From NCBI GenBank assembly GCA_951406725.2, contig OX597829.1, forward strand, positions 52,452,001 through 52,516,000: a stretch of DNA of 64,000 bases, read 5' to 3'. This stretch comes from Octopus vulgaris. Its lineage: Eukaryota. The position numbers and the translations under genes were made by a program. Every line of letters starts with the position of its first letter. The first letter of the stretch is position 1. The notes under the pieces were generated by a model. The model saw only the letters and a list, made by a program, of their open reading frames with translations. It did no database searches and was not told the origin of the DNA. Shown here in pieces: positions 13,282-23,589 of this stretch.

Positions 13282-13398
13282 GATAAAGAAAAATACTTGA
13301 GTCCAGAATGGTGTATGGTGGACGATCAAGGCCAAAGATACATGTTGCCAAAGACAATGATATTTATGGGTCATGAAGAATGTGATTTTATAATAGAG
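13282..13398 (+). CDS. CEP170: Internal coding exon of a CEP170/CEP170B-like centrosomal protein, N-terminal part of the FHA domain
   Basis: Strong acceptor ttttttttgttttcctag| and donor GAG|gtatgt; 117 nt, open, phase 0/0: DKEKYLSPEWCMVDDQGQRYMLPKTMIFMGHEECDFIIE. Aligns without gaps to vertebrate CEP170 as I recall it ([30 protein letters not shown]), and ends where I recall the vertebrate intron falling. Confidence 0.88.
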
Positions 13399-13744
13399 GT
13401 ATGTAATAACCGTGATGAAATTTAAATTTATCTGCTATGCGCTGCATGTTAATATTGTGTAGTTTTGTTGTTTTTTTAACTATTAAAGAAAAGGTTTGTT
13501 TGTTTATTTCCTTTTTATATTCTAACATCTCCAAGAAAGTTACAGATTATAAGATATAAAACATCTTTCAGCTTTGTCATTATTGAAATTAAGTCAATTT
13601 GTTCATGCTGATGACTGTGTCTCTGTTTCCTTACCGTACTTATTCTATTTGTTTCTGAGCCTGGAATCAACCATCAGACCACCTTCACTCTGTTGACTGA
13701 TTCTCTGAAGGATATTCTTCATTTCCATTTAATTTTAAAATATA

Positions 13745-13781
<37 letters not shown>

Positions 13782-14764
13782 CATATTCTTTCCTTCTATG
13801 TCTCTGAATCTCTTATTTGAAGAAAATTCAAAGCTGCAAATAATTCTCTTCTTCAGACTCTTCAACATGGGTGGGAATGGGTTGCATAGATCCACAAATC
13901 CATTCAGTTGCAAATTTTTCTTTTTTTTTTCTTTTTTGGTGATACAATTGTTTTGGTTTTTAAAAATCTGTTTCTTTCACAGTTATTTAGAATTTGATAA
14001 TAATTGATTCTCTTAAAGTTTTGTGTTAGTACCATTTTCAGATATTGCTTTTCTTTTCTCTTTTTTCTGTTGAACTTATTTGATCTTGGTTTGGGAAGCT
14101 TCTATTTTATATTTATTTCAGTAGCCATTAACTTACTGAATGAATCATTCCAATGTTATTGAATCTTGGTAAAAAATGTTCTGTTGGTTGAGATAGAACT
14201 TATTGTCATGTTAATTATAGATTATTTTACAATCTTCAACATTTCATTTCCTCTTGAAATATTTCTGAAATACTTGTAAAATCCTGTTACATAATAATTT
14301 TGAACATGTCCCATGCTTGTTTTTCACCAAATGGATTAGCTGTAAAATGAGAAATGAGAAAACAAAAAAACAAGAAAACAACAGAAAAAAAACTTCTTAG
14401 AAATTCGTTAGATTATCCATTCCACTTTTGACACCCCCCCCCCCACACCCCAAAAAATCCCCCAGAAAAGGATACAGCTCTCTGCCATTAAAATGATAAT
14501 ATTAACCAAGCCATATGTCAGTGCTATTTAGCATTAAAAGTAATGTGTGCTTGTCGACAATAAAGTATTTTCTCTATTCGAAAATGTAATTACATATGAT
14601 ACTTTTTGAAATATTAAGTTTGCCCCAATTATACTTGCGTCATTCAGTGTAGTTGAAATCAAAGCATTCCTGACCTCGTTGAATAAGAAAATTGGAAATC
14701 TAAAGCTGTTGACCTAGAAAATATGAATATACACAGGTTGTGTTGTCACAATATTACATAAACA

Positions 14765-14977
14765 GGAGTAGCAGCAGAATCATCAGAGCCGCAGACAAAA
14801 TGCCTTGCATTATTGATTTGTAACCCTTTGCATTTTGAGTTCAAATATCACCGAGCTTAGCCATACCATTCATCTGTCCAGGGTTCATAAAATAAAGTAC
14901 CAGTGAGGTACTGGGGTTGATTTAATTGGTTGTACACAGCATCCATCATTTATGGTCCTGTGCCAAATATTAGAAAA
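14765..14977 (+). mobile_element. SINE family A (diverged)
   Basis: tgagttcaaat...aagtaccagtgaggtactggggttgat...ttgtgcca-like tail. Confidence 0.65.
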
Positions 14978-14994
14978 CAGTTTTTTTCCTTTTG

Positions 14995-15216
14995 TTTTAA
15001 CGTCCACTTTTCCATGCTTGGATGTATTGGATGGAGTTAATTGGTGCCAAATTTACTGTGGCTGTATGCCCTTCCTGTTGCCAACCCTCGTCTGTTTTCA
15101 AGCAAAGCTATATTTCCTCGAGGATAGACATGTTTAACTTTGAATAACACTTATTGTATGTAACTCATTTACAACTATTGTGTGCTGTCAGGACAAGATG
15201 TGCGCATGCACACACA

Positions 15217-15248
<32 letters not shown>

Positions 15249-15308
15249 TTTGTATGTGTACACACACACACACACACACTTGTGCATGCATGCACACACA
15301 CAAACACA

Positions 15309-15345
<37 letters not shown>

Positions 15346-15500
15346 GGCTTCTTTCAGTTTCTGTCTACCAAATCCACTCACAAAGCCTTGGTTCCCTCAG
15401 GGCTATGGTAAAGACAATTGCAAAAGGTACCAGTCAGTGGGACTGAACTCGGAACCATATGGTTGGGAAGAAAGCTTTTTAACTACACAGCCATGCCTGC
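14995..15500 (-). mobile_element. SINE family B2 with an expanded CA tract
   Basis: ttaacgtccacttttccatgc...atgcccttcc...(CA)n...ctttcagttt...gggactgaac...acacagccatgcc. Confidence 0.8.
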
Positions 15501-15704
15501 ATCTTTCAAAACAAGATCATTCCATAAATATCCCATAAGATTTTCTCACCATGCTTTATCAATCCTTATTCAGTTTTATTAATGTCTTTTCCAAATGTTT
15601 TCCATGGATCTCTATACTCTTTATCTTTGAAATCTTGGAAACTGATAATTGCTTTGTATTATTGTAGCACATACGACAATTGCTTTTAAGTTTAATGTTT
15701 GAAA

Positions 15705-15765
<61 letters not shown>

Positions 15766-15863
15766 ACTTTTATATAACTTTGGTTTTGATGTATTTGCAA
15801 AATGCAATTTTCATTTTGACAATAAGTGATAAAACAGGGTCAGTTTTCTTAAACAAAAATATA

Positions 15864-16024
15864 TGCACTGGAGTGGCTGTGTGGTAAGAAGCTTGCTTCC
15901 CAACCACATGGTTTCGGGTTCAGTCCCACTGCATGGCACCCTGGGCAAGTATCTTCTACAATAGCATTGGGCCATCCAAATCCTTTGTGAGTGGATTTGG
16001 TAGATGGAAACTGAAAGAAGCTCG

Positions 16025-16068
<44 letters not shown>

Positions 16069-16312
16069 GTGTATATATATATATATATATATACACACAC
16101 GTGTGTGTGTGTGTGTGTGTATGTTTGTGTCTGTGTTTATCCTCTCACCATTGCTTGACAACCGATGTTGGTGTGTTTATGTCCCCGAAACTTAGTGTTT
16201 CAGCAAAAGAGACCAATAGAATAAGTACTAGGTTTACAAAGAATAAGTCCTGGGGTCGATTTGTATGACTAAGGCAGTGCACCAGCATGGCCATAGTTAA
16301 ATGACTGAAACA
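15864..16312 (+). mobile_element. SINE family B
   Basis: Colinear with 8858-9287 in the opposite orientation. Confidence 0.88.
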
Positions 16313-16440
16313 AATATAAAACACCCATACTCAAAACCTAGATGTTTATATCAAAATATAATTTGATAAACTGAATTTTGTAAAACACTAAAAAAAATTC
16401 AAAATATGTTTTGAAAGTTTACTCCAGCTTTTAATAATGA

Positions 16441-16655
16441 TCTTTTCTACAATAGGCCCAAGGCCTAAAATTTTGGTAGGAGAGGGCTAGACTATTACAT
16501 TGACCCCAGTGTTCAGCTGGTGCCTGTTTTATTGGCCCCGAAAAGATGAATAACAAAGATGTCCTTAGTGGGGTTTGAACTCTGAAAGTAATGAGTCACA
16601 AGAAATGCTATTAACTTCTGTGTATGTTGCGCTAATGAACATGCCGGTTCACCAT
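16441..16655 (-). mobile_element. SINE family A (diverged)
   Basis: gaccccagtgttcagctggt...ccccgaaaagatgaa...tttgaactc. Confidence 0.65.
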
Positions 16656-16890
16656 CTTAATACTAATTGATTATAAAAATAATAATTATAGTGGTGATGA
16701 TGATAATGATAACGGCAATAGTAATAATAATAATAATATTGGTAATAATAATAATCATAATAATAATAATAATTCGTTCATTTATTGGCCACAAGGGCTA
16801 ACAAAAATCAATTAAAACATTAAGGGTCAAAACACAGGATGAAAGTTACAAAGGGTTGTGTCCGTTTGAAAAAGTCCGTGTACAAAAGCA

Positions 16891-17173
16891 GGATGAGCAC
16901 TCAGAGAGCACAAACCTCCGTCAAACGTGAATACTAAACATGAACCCGACTGCTCTCAAAAATTAAGTAAAAAAAAAAAAGGAAAATAATCCAGAATCCT
17001 TGTCTGGTACTGGATTGATCCTTAGGTCTAATCAGTTCGTGCCAGCCATGAGGCCAAACATCCCTGAAAGTTTCATCTGAATCCATCCAGTAGTTCTTGA
17101 GATATCTTGTCCATGGACAAACAAACAAACATGACTGAAAACAATACCTCCACCTTTGCTAAGGCAGAGGTAA
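16891..17173 (+). mobile_element. Helentron-associated non-autonomous element (HINE/DINE-like)
   Basis: 5' acctccg subterminal motif, (caaa)n near the 3' end and terminal hairpin tacctccacctt-tgct-aaggcagaggta (CpG-decayed). Confidence 0.6.
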
Positions 17174-17186
17174 TAATAATTATTAT

Positions 17187-17402
17187 GGTTTCAAATTTTT
17201 CCACAAGGGCAGCAATTTTGGGGGAGGGTATGAGTTGATTACATCGATCCCCAGTGTTCAATTGATACCTATTTTATTAACCCCAAAAGGATGAAAGGCA
17301 AAGTCGATCTTGGCAGAATTTGAACTCAGAACGTAGTGACAGGTGAAATGCCACTAAACATTTTGCCCAGTGTGCAATAATGATTCTGTCAGCTTGCCAC
17401 CT
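17187..17402 (-). mobile_element. SINE family A
   Basis: aaaggatgaaaggcaaagtcgatcttggcagaatttgaactcagaacg. Confidence 0.8.
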
Positions 17403-18021
17403 AATAATAATACTAAAAGGATTTTGTGCACATGTTAAAAATCGTTATCAATTCTTTGCCATAATTTGCAGTTGCTTACTAGTTGTTTTTGCAATTATTA
17501 TATTTTTTATCACCATTGCAAAGTAATAAAAGGTTCAGGTAGAAAACGGGTAAGAACTTCTGGTTACATATGTAATGTGACGAAAAAATGAAGTTTTTAT
17601 TGCAAATAAATTGTATATGTTTGATAGGTATTCTCAAGATAGTTCATTGCTATAGCAAGCAGTAAACTGTTTCTGTTAACTTGACTGTTGAGGTGTCAGA
17701 AAACTTAAGAGGATGATGAAAGCGCTGAGAAATTATGACTTTAAACTTACTGGATATTCCCCTGCCCCCCACTATTCTATATTTCCCTCTCATCATGTTC
17801 ATCATCACCGCTATCTATATATTAAGAGGCATGTGTCAGAATTTTTATGCGCATAAATGTAAAGATTAAAGACCTACATTAGTTTGAAAGCAATGAGTCA
17901 TGTATGATCAAGATGCCTGTTGGGCTTACAAATACAGACGTGTATAGTAAGTAGTCAATATGTAAGAAGCTGTACTTGGCATAACTGTGATAGGGTGACA
18001 CGTTGCCTGTTGGTTGGAGAT

Positions 18022-18640
18022 GTTCTTGTTAGCTTTAGGGTCAGCCCTGATTTATTTCTTTATTGCCCATAGGGGGCTAAACATAGAGGAGACAAACAAG
18101 AACGGACAAAAGGATTAAGTCAATTACATCGACCCCAGTGCGTAGCTGGTACTTATTTAATTGACCCCGAAAGAATGAAAGGCAAAGTTGACCTCGGCGG
18201 AATTTGAACTCAAAACGTAACGGCAGATGAAATACCTATTTCTTTACTACCCACAAGGAGCTAAACACAGAGGGGACAAACAAGGACAGACAAACGGATT
18301 AAGTTGATTATATCGACCCCAGTGCATAACTGGTACTTATTTAATCGACCCTGAAAGGATGAAAGGCAAAGTCGACCTCGATGGAATTTGAACTCATAAC
18401 ATAACGGCAGACGAAATACTGCTAAGCATTTTGCCCAGCGTGCTAACAATTCTGCCAGCTCGCCAAGCAGACCTATCATAATCAGACATTCCATCTAAAA
18501 CCATTTTTGCCTTTCCTTCTTCAGTAACTATACAAAAGACCACACCACCTATGTTCTTTTTTTAACATAGCAGGGTGTGATTTGTGTGAGATGTAGCTGC
18601 TATTTCTAGCAGCTTGAGTGAACATGTCAAGTCTCCTCCA
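18022..18640 (-). repeat. Unclassified interspersed repeat family G (host of the SINE A dimer)
   Basis: ggtcagccctgat/aagcagacctat...gggtgtgatttg...gctgctatttctagcag; related pieces at ~2310-2480, 6175-6300, 20850-21010, 36580-36680, 40240-40380, 41180-41340, 42530-42620, 48470-48520, 49200-49390. Confidence 0.6.
18052..18464 (-). mobile_element. Head-to-tail dimer of family A SINE inserted into a family G repeat
   Basis: Two units joined at ~18235; host reads ggtcagccctgat|...|aagcagacctat across the insertion. Confidence 0.85.
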
Positions 18641-18684
18641 TAAGGTACACCAAAGAGAGAATTGATCTAAAGAAAGAGGTTTAT

Positions 18685-18960
18685 CTTTATCTTTTACTTG
18701 ATTCAGCCATTGAACTGCATCCCATGATGGAGGCATCACTTTGAAGAAGGGTTCAGTTGAATGATGCCAGTACTTTTTTTTTTTTGTTTGTCCTTGAAGC
18801 CTGGTAACTTAGTCTAGGGTCTGTTTCATTTGCTGAACTGCCAAGTTACTGGGATGTAAAGAAATTAACAACCATTAAGTGATGGTAGTGAGACACACAC
18901 ACAAAAGACACACATAGACATGTATAGACCTGAATATGTGTGTATATATCCTTTCAGTTT
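18685..18960 (-). mobile_element. SINE family B 3' fragment
   Basis: cttttacttgattcagccatt...gctgaactgccaagttac. Confidence 0.6.
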
Positions 18961-19169
18961 GCTTATGGGAAATGTTTTGAATATACATATAAAAGGTCCT
19001 GTTTTATTATGGCTGGTTACAGCCCAATGATGCTAACTGGTTGATACCAGTTTTTTGTGGGTCACACCATGCTGTGCCGATATATAATGTATAACAATAA
19101 TAATAATAATCCATAGCGATGCATAAAAATATTTCATAAATTCCATCCTATTATTATTATTATTTCTGA

Positions 19170-19382
19170 AGGCAGCAAACTGGCTGAATTGTTAGCATGG
19201 TGGGCAAAATGCTTAGCATTTCATTCCTCCTTATGCTCAGAGTTCAAATTTTACTGAGGCCAACTTTGCCTTTCATCCTTCTGGAGTTGGTAGTTTAAGT
19301 ACCAGTTTCACACTGGAGGTCAATGTAATTGACTAGCCCCCTACCCCCAAATTTCAAGCCTTGTGCCTTTAGTAGAAAGGAT
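19170..19382 (+). mobile_element. SINE family A
   Basis: ggcagcaaactggc...agagttcaaatt...caactttgcctttcatcctt...ccttgtgcctttagtagaaagg. Confidence 0.78.
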
Positions 19383-19398
19383 TACTACTATATATATA

Positions 19399-19588
19399 GT
19401 TGGAATTTACAAAAAAAAAAACCAAAAGATAAAGACGGGTGTGTAAACAACAATCAGATGTATTAATTTAACGCTCGGGAAGTGAAAAAGTCTTTTATGT
19501 TTCGAACCTATGCTCTTCAACAGAAAGGAACACAGAAATAAACAGAAAATAAAAAAAAAGTTTAGTGGACAGTGATCAGTTATGGCAA
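19399..19588 (-). mobile_element. ~190-bp (TA)n-inserted element with hammerhead-like motif (19492-19527), subfamily 1
   Basis: Bounded by TA runs; reverse complement contains cttt-CTGTTGA-a-gagc-atag-gttc-GAAAC-ATA-aaag. Confidence 0.65.
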
Positions 19589-19598
19589 ATATATATAT

Positions 19599-19800
19599 GA
19601 ACGCCATGTTGAATCGTTAGCCCCTACACGCAACTTTTTTCTCTCCTAGTTTCTTTTCTGTGTATCTTTCTGTCAAAGAGCATAGGCTCGAAACATAAAA
19701 GACTTGTTTTATTTCTATTCCTGAGCGCCATGCTAATACATTATTTGTTTGTACTCCACCTGCCTTCGTCTTTTGTTTATTTTCATAAACCTTCCCGTTA
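19599..19800 (+). mobile_element. ~200-bp (TA)n-inserted element with hammerhead-like motif (19666-19701), subfamily 2
   Basis: Bounded by TA runs; tcttt-CTGTCAA-a-gagc-atag-gctc-GAAAC-ATA-aaaga; colinear but clearly diverged from 19399-19588 in the opposite orientation. Confidence 0.65.
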
Positions 19801-19845
19801 TATATCATCATCATCATCATCGTTTAGCGTCCGTTTTCCATGCTA

Positions 19846-19883
<38 letters not shown>

Positions 19884-20093
19884 TATGAGAGGTATTAGTG
19901 TCAAGAAGACCCAAAGGTGTCAGGTAACACTAAGTGCTATGGACAGACCATAGTTAAGCTCTTGGTTCAATGATTATATGAATGAGGAGAACCAAGGTGG
20001 GTTGTGTAATAGCAAGCATATATATAATAATTAACAGAATGAGATAAAAAATTGAAGGCTGTGAATAGTTTTCAGAACATTTATAAAGGGAAG

Positions 20094-20141
20094 GTCTTAC
20101 AGCTGTTTCCGGAATATTTTATATATCCCTTCAGCAGAGAT
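20094..20141 (-). ncRNA. Type I hammerhead motif, A6C core variant (other arm of the fold-back)
   Basis: Reverse complement reads atct-CTGCTGA-agggatatataaaatattccg-GAAAC-agct-GTA-agac. Confidence 0.65.
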
Positions 20142-20313
20142 GGTACGAGAAAATAAGTAATTGTTATTATAGAGAAGATATGAAATGCAGAGTGAAGTGG
20201 AAGAATGAAAATACAATATCCTTACATGTCTCACATCTGTTTTCATTCCTTCACTTCACTCTGTATTTCATATCTTCTCTATAATAACTATTACTTAAAC
20301 ATTTTCTTCCACT

Positions 20314-20361
20314 GTCTCTGATGAAGGAATATATAAAATATCCTGGAAACAGCTGTAAGAC
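20314..20361 (+). ncRNA. Minimal type I hammerhead ribozyme motif, core intact
   Basis: gtct-CTGATGA-aggaatatataaaatatcctg-GAAAC-agct-GTA-agac: stem I gtct/agac, stem II agga(a)tat/atatcct, palindromic stem III acagctgt, predicted cleavage after GUA (20357). The pair closing stem II is non-canonical (A.G). Confidence 0.78.
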
Positions 20362-20523
20362 TTTCTCTTTATAAATGTTCTGAAAACTATTCAGTCTTGA
20401 ATTTTTTTTATCTCATTCTGTTAATTTATATATATAGATATATAGACAACTATCCATATTTCAATAATGAATGGAAGTTCTTCAGTGAAAAAAAGAAATA
20501 AACGGTTCCAATGATGATAATGA

Positions 20524-20722
20524 TTTCAAATTTTGGCACAAGGTCAGAAATTTTGGGGAGGGGAGTAAGTCAACTATGACGACCCCAGTGATTAACTGAT
20601 ACTTATTTTATCGATCCCGAAAGAGATGAATGGCAAAGTCAACCTCAGTGGAATTTGAACTCAGAACGTAAGGATGGATGAAATGCCATTAAGCATCTTG
20701 CCCAGCATGCTAACGATTCTGT
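20524..20722 (-). mobile_element. SINE family A
   Basis: gatgaatggcaaagtcaacctcagtggaatttgaactcagaacg. Confidence 0.8.
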
Positions 20723-21618
20723 CTGCGAGAAATTGGATAATGTCTGTAGTGCTGAAACAGTGTTGAAATTAGTAGATTGAGTGGAAGTGGTTAAAAAAAA
20801 ACCCACTCTGCATTGAAGTTACTTTTTATGCCAAACTCAACTCAAAGAGTTTCCTGCTGTGATCATCCCCTTATTTTTTTTGTCTGTAGAGTATGTAAGA
20901 TGCATTATCAAATGTAATATTTTAATTTATTTTATTTTAGATGATGAGGTTTAAGGGAGATTTGGCTACTAATTTCAGAATTGAGCAATCAAACAACAAT
21001 TTTCTCATTGAAGGTCATTTAGTCAGCGTATTCAATGCAACGTCTGTTTAAAAATATTCAACTGAAAGAGTTCTTTTGATTGAATATTTCTAAATATACA
21101 TTTTCAAATTGTGCTTGTGATTTCTTGAATATATTTAGCACTCTTATAAAAATATCTCTACTGTTAACACCTGTCCCCACCTCTCTTCCTTTCCCCCCTC
21201 CCTCTCCTCCCTCTCCCCCTTCTCCGGCTCTCCCCCCCTCCCTCCTCTCCCGTTCTATTGTAATTGACTTAACGAGAGCAGAGACTGTATACTAAAGTAT
21301 AGATTTCTTCTAGTACATTGTTACCATTTATGAATTTAGTTGCTCATTAAATGAATAAACTGTGGCTTTTCTTTATTCTCTGTCTGTCTGTCTCACTCTC
21401 CCTCCCTCCCTCCTCTTCTGAGTTCCTTTTATAAATAGCATTCATAATTTGGTCTTGACGGGTTTTAAATAAATTTGTCGGCAAACAGTTTAGGCATATT
21501 TAATTATAGTGCTTTATTTGAAATTCATATTTGTTTCTAATCCATACAGCTTATGTCTACCAAACTCACTCATAAGACATTGGACAGCCTAGGGCTGCAG
21601 TAAAAGATAACATGCATA

Positions 21619-21823
21619 AGGTGGTGAGCTGGCAGAAGTGTTAGCATGCCGTGCGAAATGCAGTATTTCGTCTGCCTTTATGTTCTGAGTTCAAATTCCA
21701 CCAAGATCGACTTTGCCTTTCATCCTTTCAGAGTCAATAAATTAAGTACCAGTTGCATACTGGGGTCGATCTAATCAACTGCCACCTGCTCTAAAAATTT
21801 TTGACCCTTGTGCCTTGAGTGGA
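21619..21823 (+). mobile_element. SINE family A
   Basis: ggtggtgagctggcagaa...ttctgagttcaaattcc...ctggggtcgat. Confidence 0.82.
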
Positions 21824-21976
21824 AAAAAAAAAAAAACTGCATTTATACTCTCACTAGATGCCTGACAAAACTTTAAGTTGCATGGAGCTGAGTCAAACTG
21901 TTATTAAATAATATAACTCCTATCAAATGTATTGAGTGCCACTTTCTTTCATTTGTCCACTCAATCATATAATATA

Positions 21977-22123
21977 TGGCGTTAGGAAGGGCATCCAGCT
22001 GTAGAAACACTCCCAGATCAGACTGGAGCCTGGTGCAGCCTTCTGGCTTCCCAGATCCCCGGTCGAACCGTCCAACCCGTGCTAGCATGGGGAACGGACG
22101 TTAAACAATGATGATGATGATGA
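21977..22123 (+). mobile_element. Retroposon family C 3' part, (ATG)n tail
   Basis: tggcgttaggaagggcatccagctgtagaaac...gctagcatgg...gacgttaaac(atg)n. Confidence 0.8.
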
Positions 22124-22144
22124 TATATATATATATAATAGATA

Positions 22145-22622
22145 GATATGTTTTGCAAACAATTTGCTCATGCAAGTGCTACCAGCTGAGAGTTTCACAT
22201 ACTGGAAGCCAGCAAGTGTATGGGGGTCATCAAGAGAGAATGTGTGCAGTTTTGGGGCCTACCTCTCGACGGCATCAACATGCACTGCCCCAGCACACTG
22301 ATATAGGCTTTGCTTGCTAGATCAGCTGGTCATCAAATAAAGCTCAATATTCTTCTAGCCATCGCTCATCGTCTCTTTTTAATCAAATCCAGTGGCTAGC
22401 CTTTTTTTCCACTGTAGTTTGGATATCAGTCATGGTGGTATTGACTTTATGATGAGTTAGGCCTAATAATAACAATAATCGTCTCACACTGTGCCCAACA
22501 AACCCTCTACATCTGACTTCTATTGCAAAATGCTCCGCTTTTCAGCTTGCGTCTTCACATTCCTCGAGGAGGTTTACATAATGATTGATCTTTCAAGCCT
22601 GAGTGGCGTCCATGTTATCTTC
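22145..22622 (-). pseudogene. Hero-clade (RLE-type) non-LTR retrotransposon 3' end (coding remnant 22344-22622 plus 3'UTR)
   Basis: EDNMDATQA*KINHYVNLLEECEDAS*KAEHFAIEVRCRGFVGHSVRRLL..LG...ASHWI*LKRDDERW matches the K..KY...EVGCRGF...AS.W.W..R signature; TA runs on both sides. Confidence 0.8.
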
Positions 22623-23054
22623 ATATATATATATATCAGACATGTGCTGTCAGTAATTACTCTGGGTTGGCAGTTGGTGACCTTTATGTAATAAAACAAA
22701 ACAAATAAGCGAAGCAAACACAGGCACACGACTTGTTGAAGGCAGATTTACTTTTGCCTCTATAGCACGTAAAGAAAACGGTGTTGTAGGAGTTTATGCG
22801 GCACGTGTACTACAGCAGTCCTATGCGTAGCTTAAATACTGAGATTGAAAGGCAGGGGCAAATTATACCTACCTAATCTACAAAAAAATAAACTATTTTG
22901 CATTTTATGCATAGTAATTAGACTAACCTTCATAATTTTATTGAATTAGGTGCATATTTTGCCATAAAAGGAAAATGTTTTTATTGATTTATTTTATTCA
23001 GGGTAGACACTGCTTACCTTGCCTAACTAGGCAGCATGTCCCTGATACATACAT

Positions 23055-23117
<63 letters not shown>

Positions 23118-23158
23118 TATATATTTTTAAAAAACACTTGTGCAAGGTGCTGTGCAGT

Positions 23159-23410
23159 GGAGGCACATGGCTTAGTGATTAGTTTGTTGGACTCCTGATT
23201 GTAAGATTTTAGTTTTGATTCCTGGGCCGGGCGATGTGTTGTGTTCTTGAGCAAAACACTTCATTTCACATTACTCCAGTCCACCCAGCTGGAAAAAGTG
23301 AGTAATCCTGCAATGAACTGGTGTCCTGTCCAGGTGGGGGAATATATACACCATGGAAACTAGGAAACTGGCCCTTATGAGTTAGCATGACCTGAAAAGG
23401 TAACCTCACT
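23159..23410 (+). mobile_element. tRNA-derived SINE with CORE-like and V-like segments
   Basis: Head ggaggcacatggcttagtgattag...ttgattcct related to the 3539 SINE; then gtgttcttgagcaaaacactt (CORE-like) and ctgcaatgaactggtgtcctgtccagg (V-domain-like). Confidence 0.65.
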
Positions 23411-23589
23411 TTTTTTTTGTATTTTAGAACTGATCCTGAAATATGGTTTCTATGTAAGCTGTTTTTAGAACAAATATCTGTATTAAAGAGTTTCTATGAA
23501 AGAAGAGATTGAAGGCTGATGACAAATAACTAAACCCTATCCTTTTATATAATCGATTACAATAGCAGCTGTGTTGTATAGTTATCGGT

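Larger units (their letters stand above)
20018..20435. mobile_element. Fold-back (inverted dimer) of a ~195-bp hammerhead-containing element, Penelope pLTR-like, in (TA)n
   Basis: Arms ~20018-20213 and ~20238-20435 are reverse complements (roughly 85-90% by eye) with a ~25-nt spacer; TA runs on both outer sides; each arm carries a hammerhead motif. Confidence 0.85.

Noticed and set aside
8925-16268. Recurrent ORFs ending in ...EDTCPRCH..GLNPEPCGW
   Set aside because: Antisense translations of SINE family B, not a protein family.
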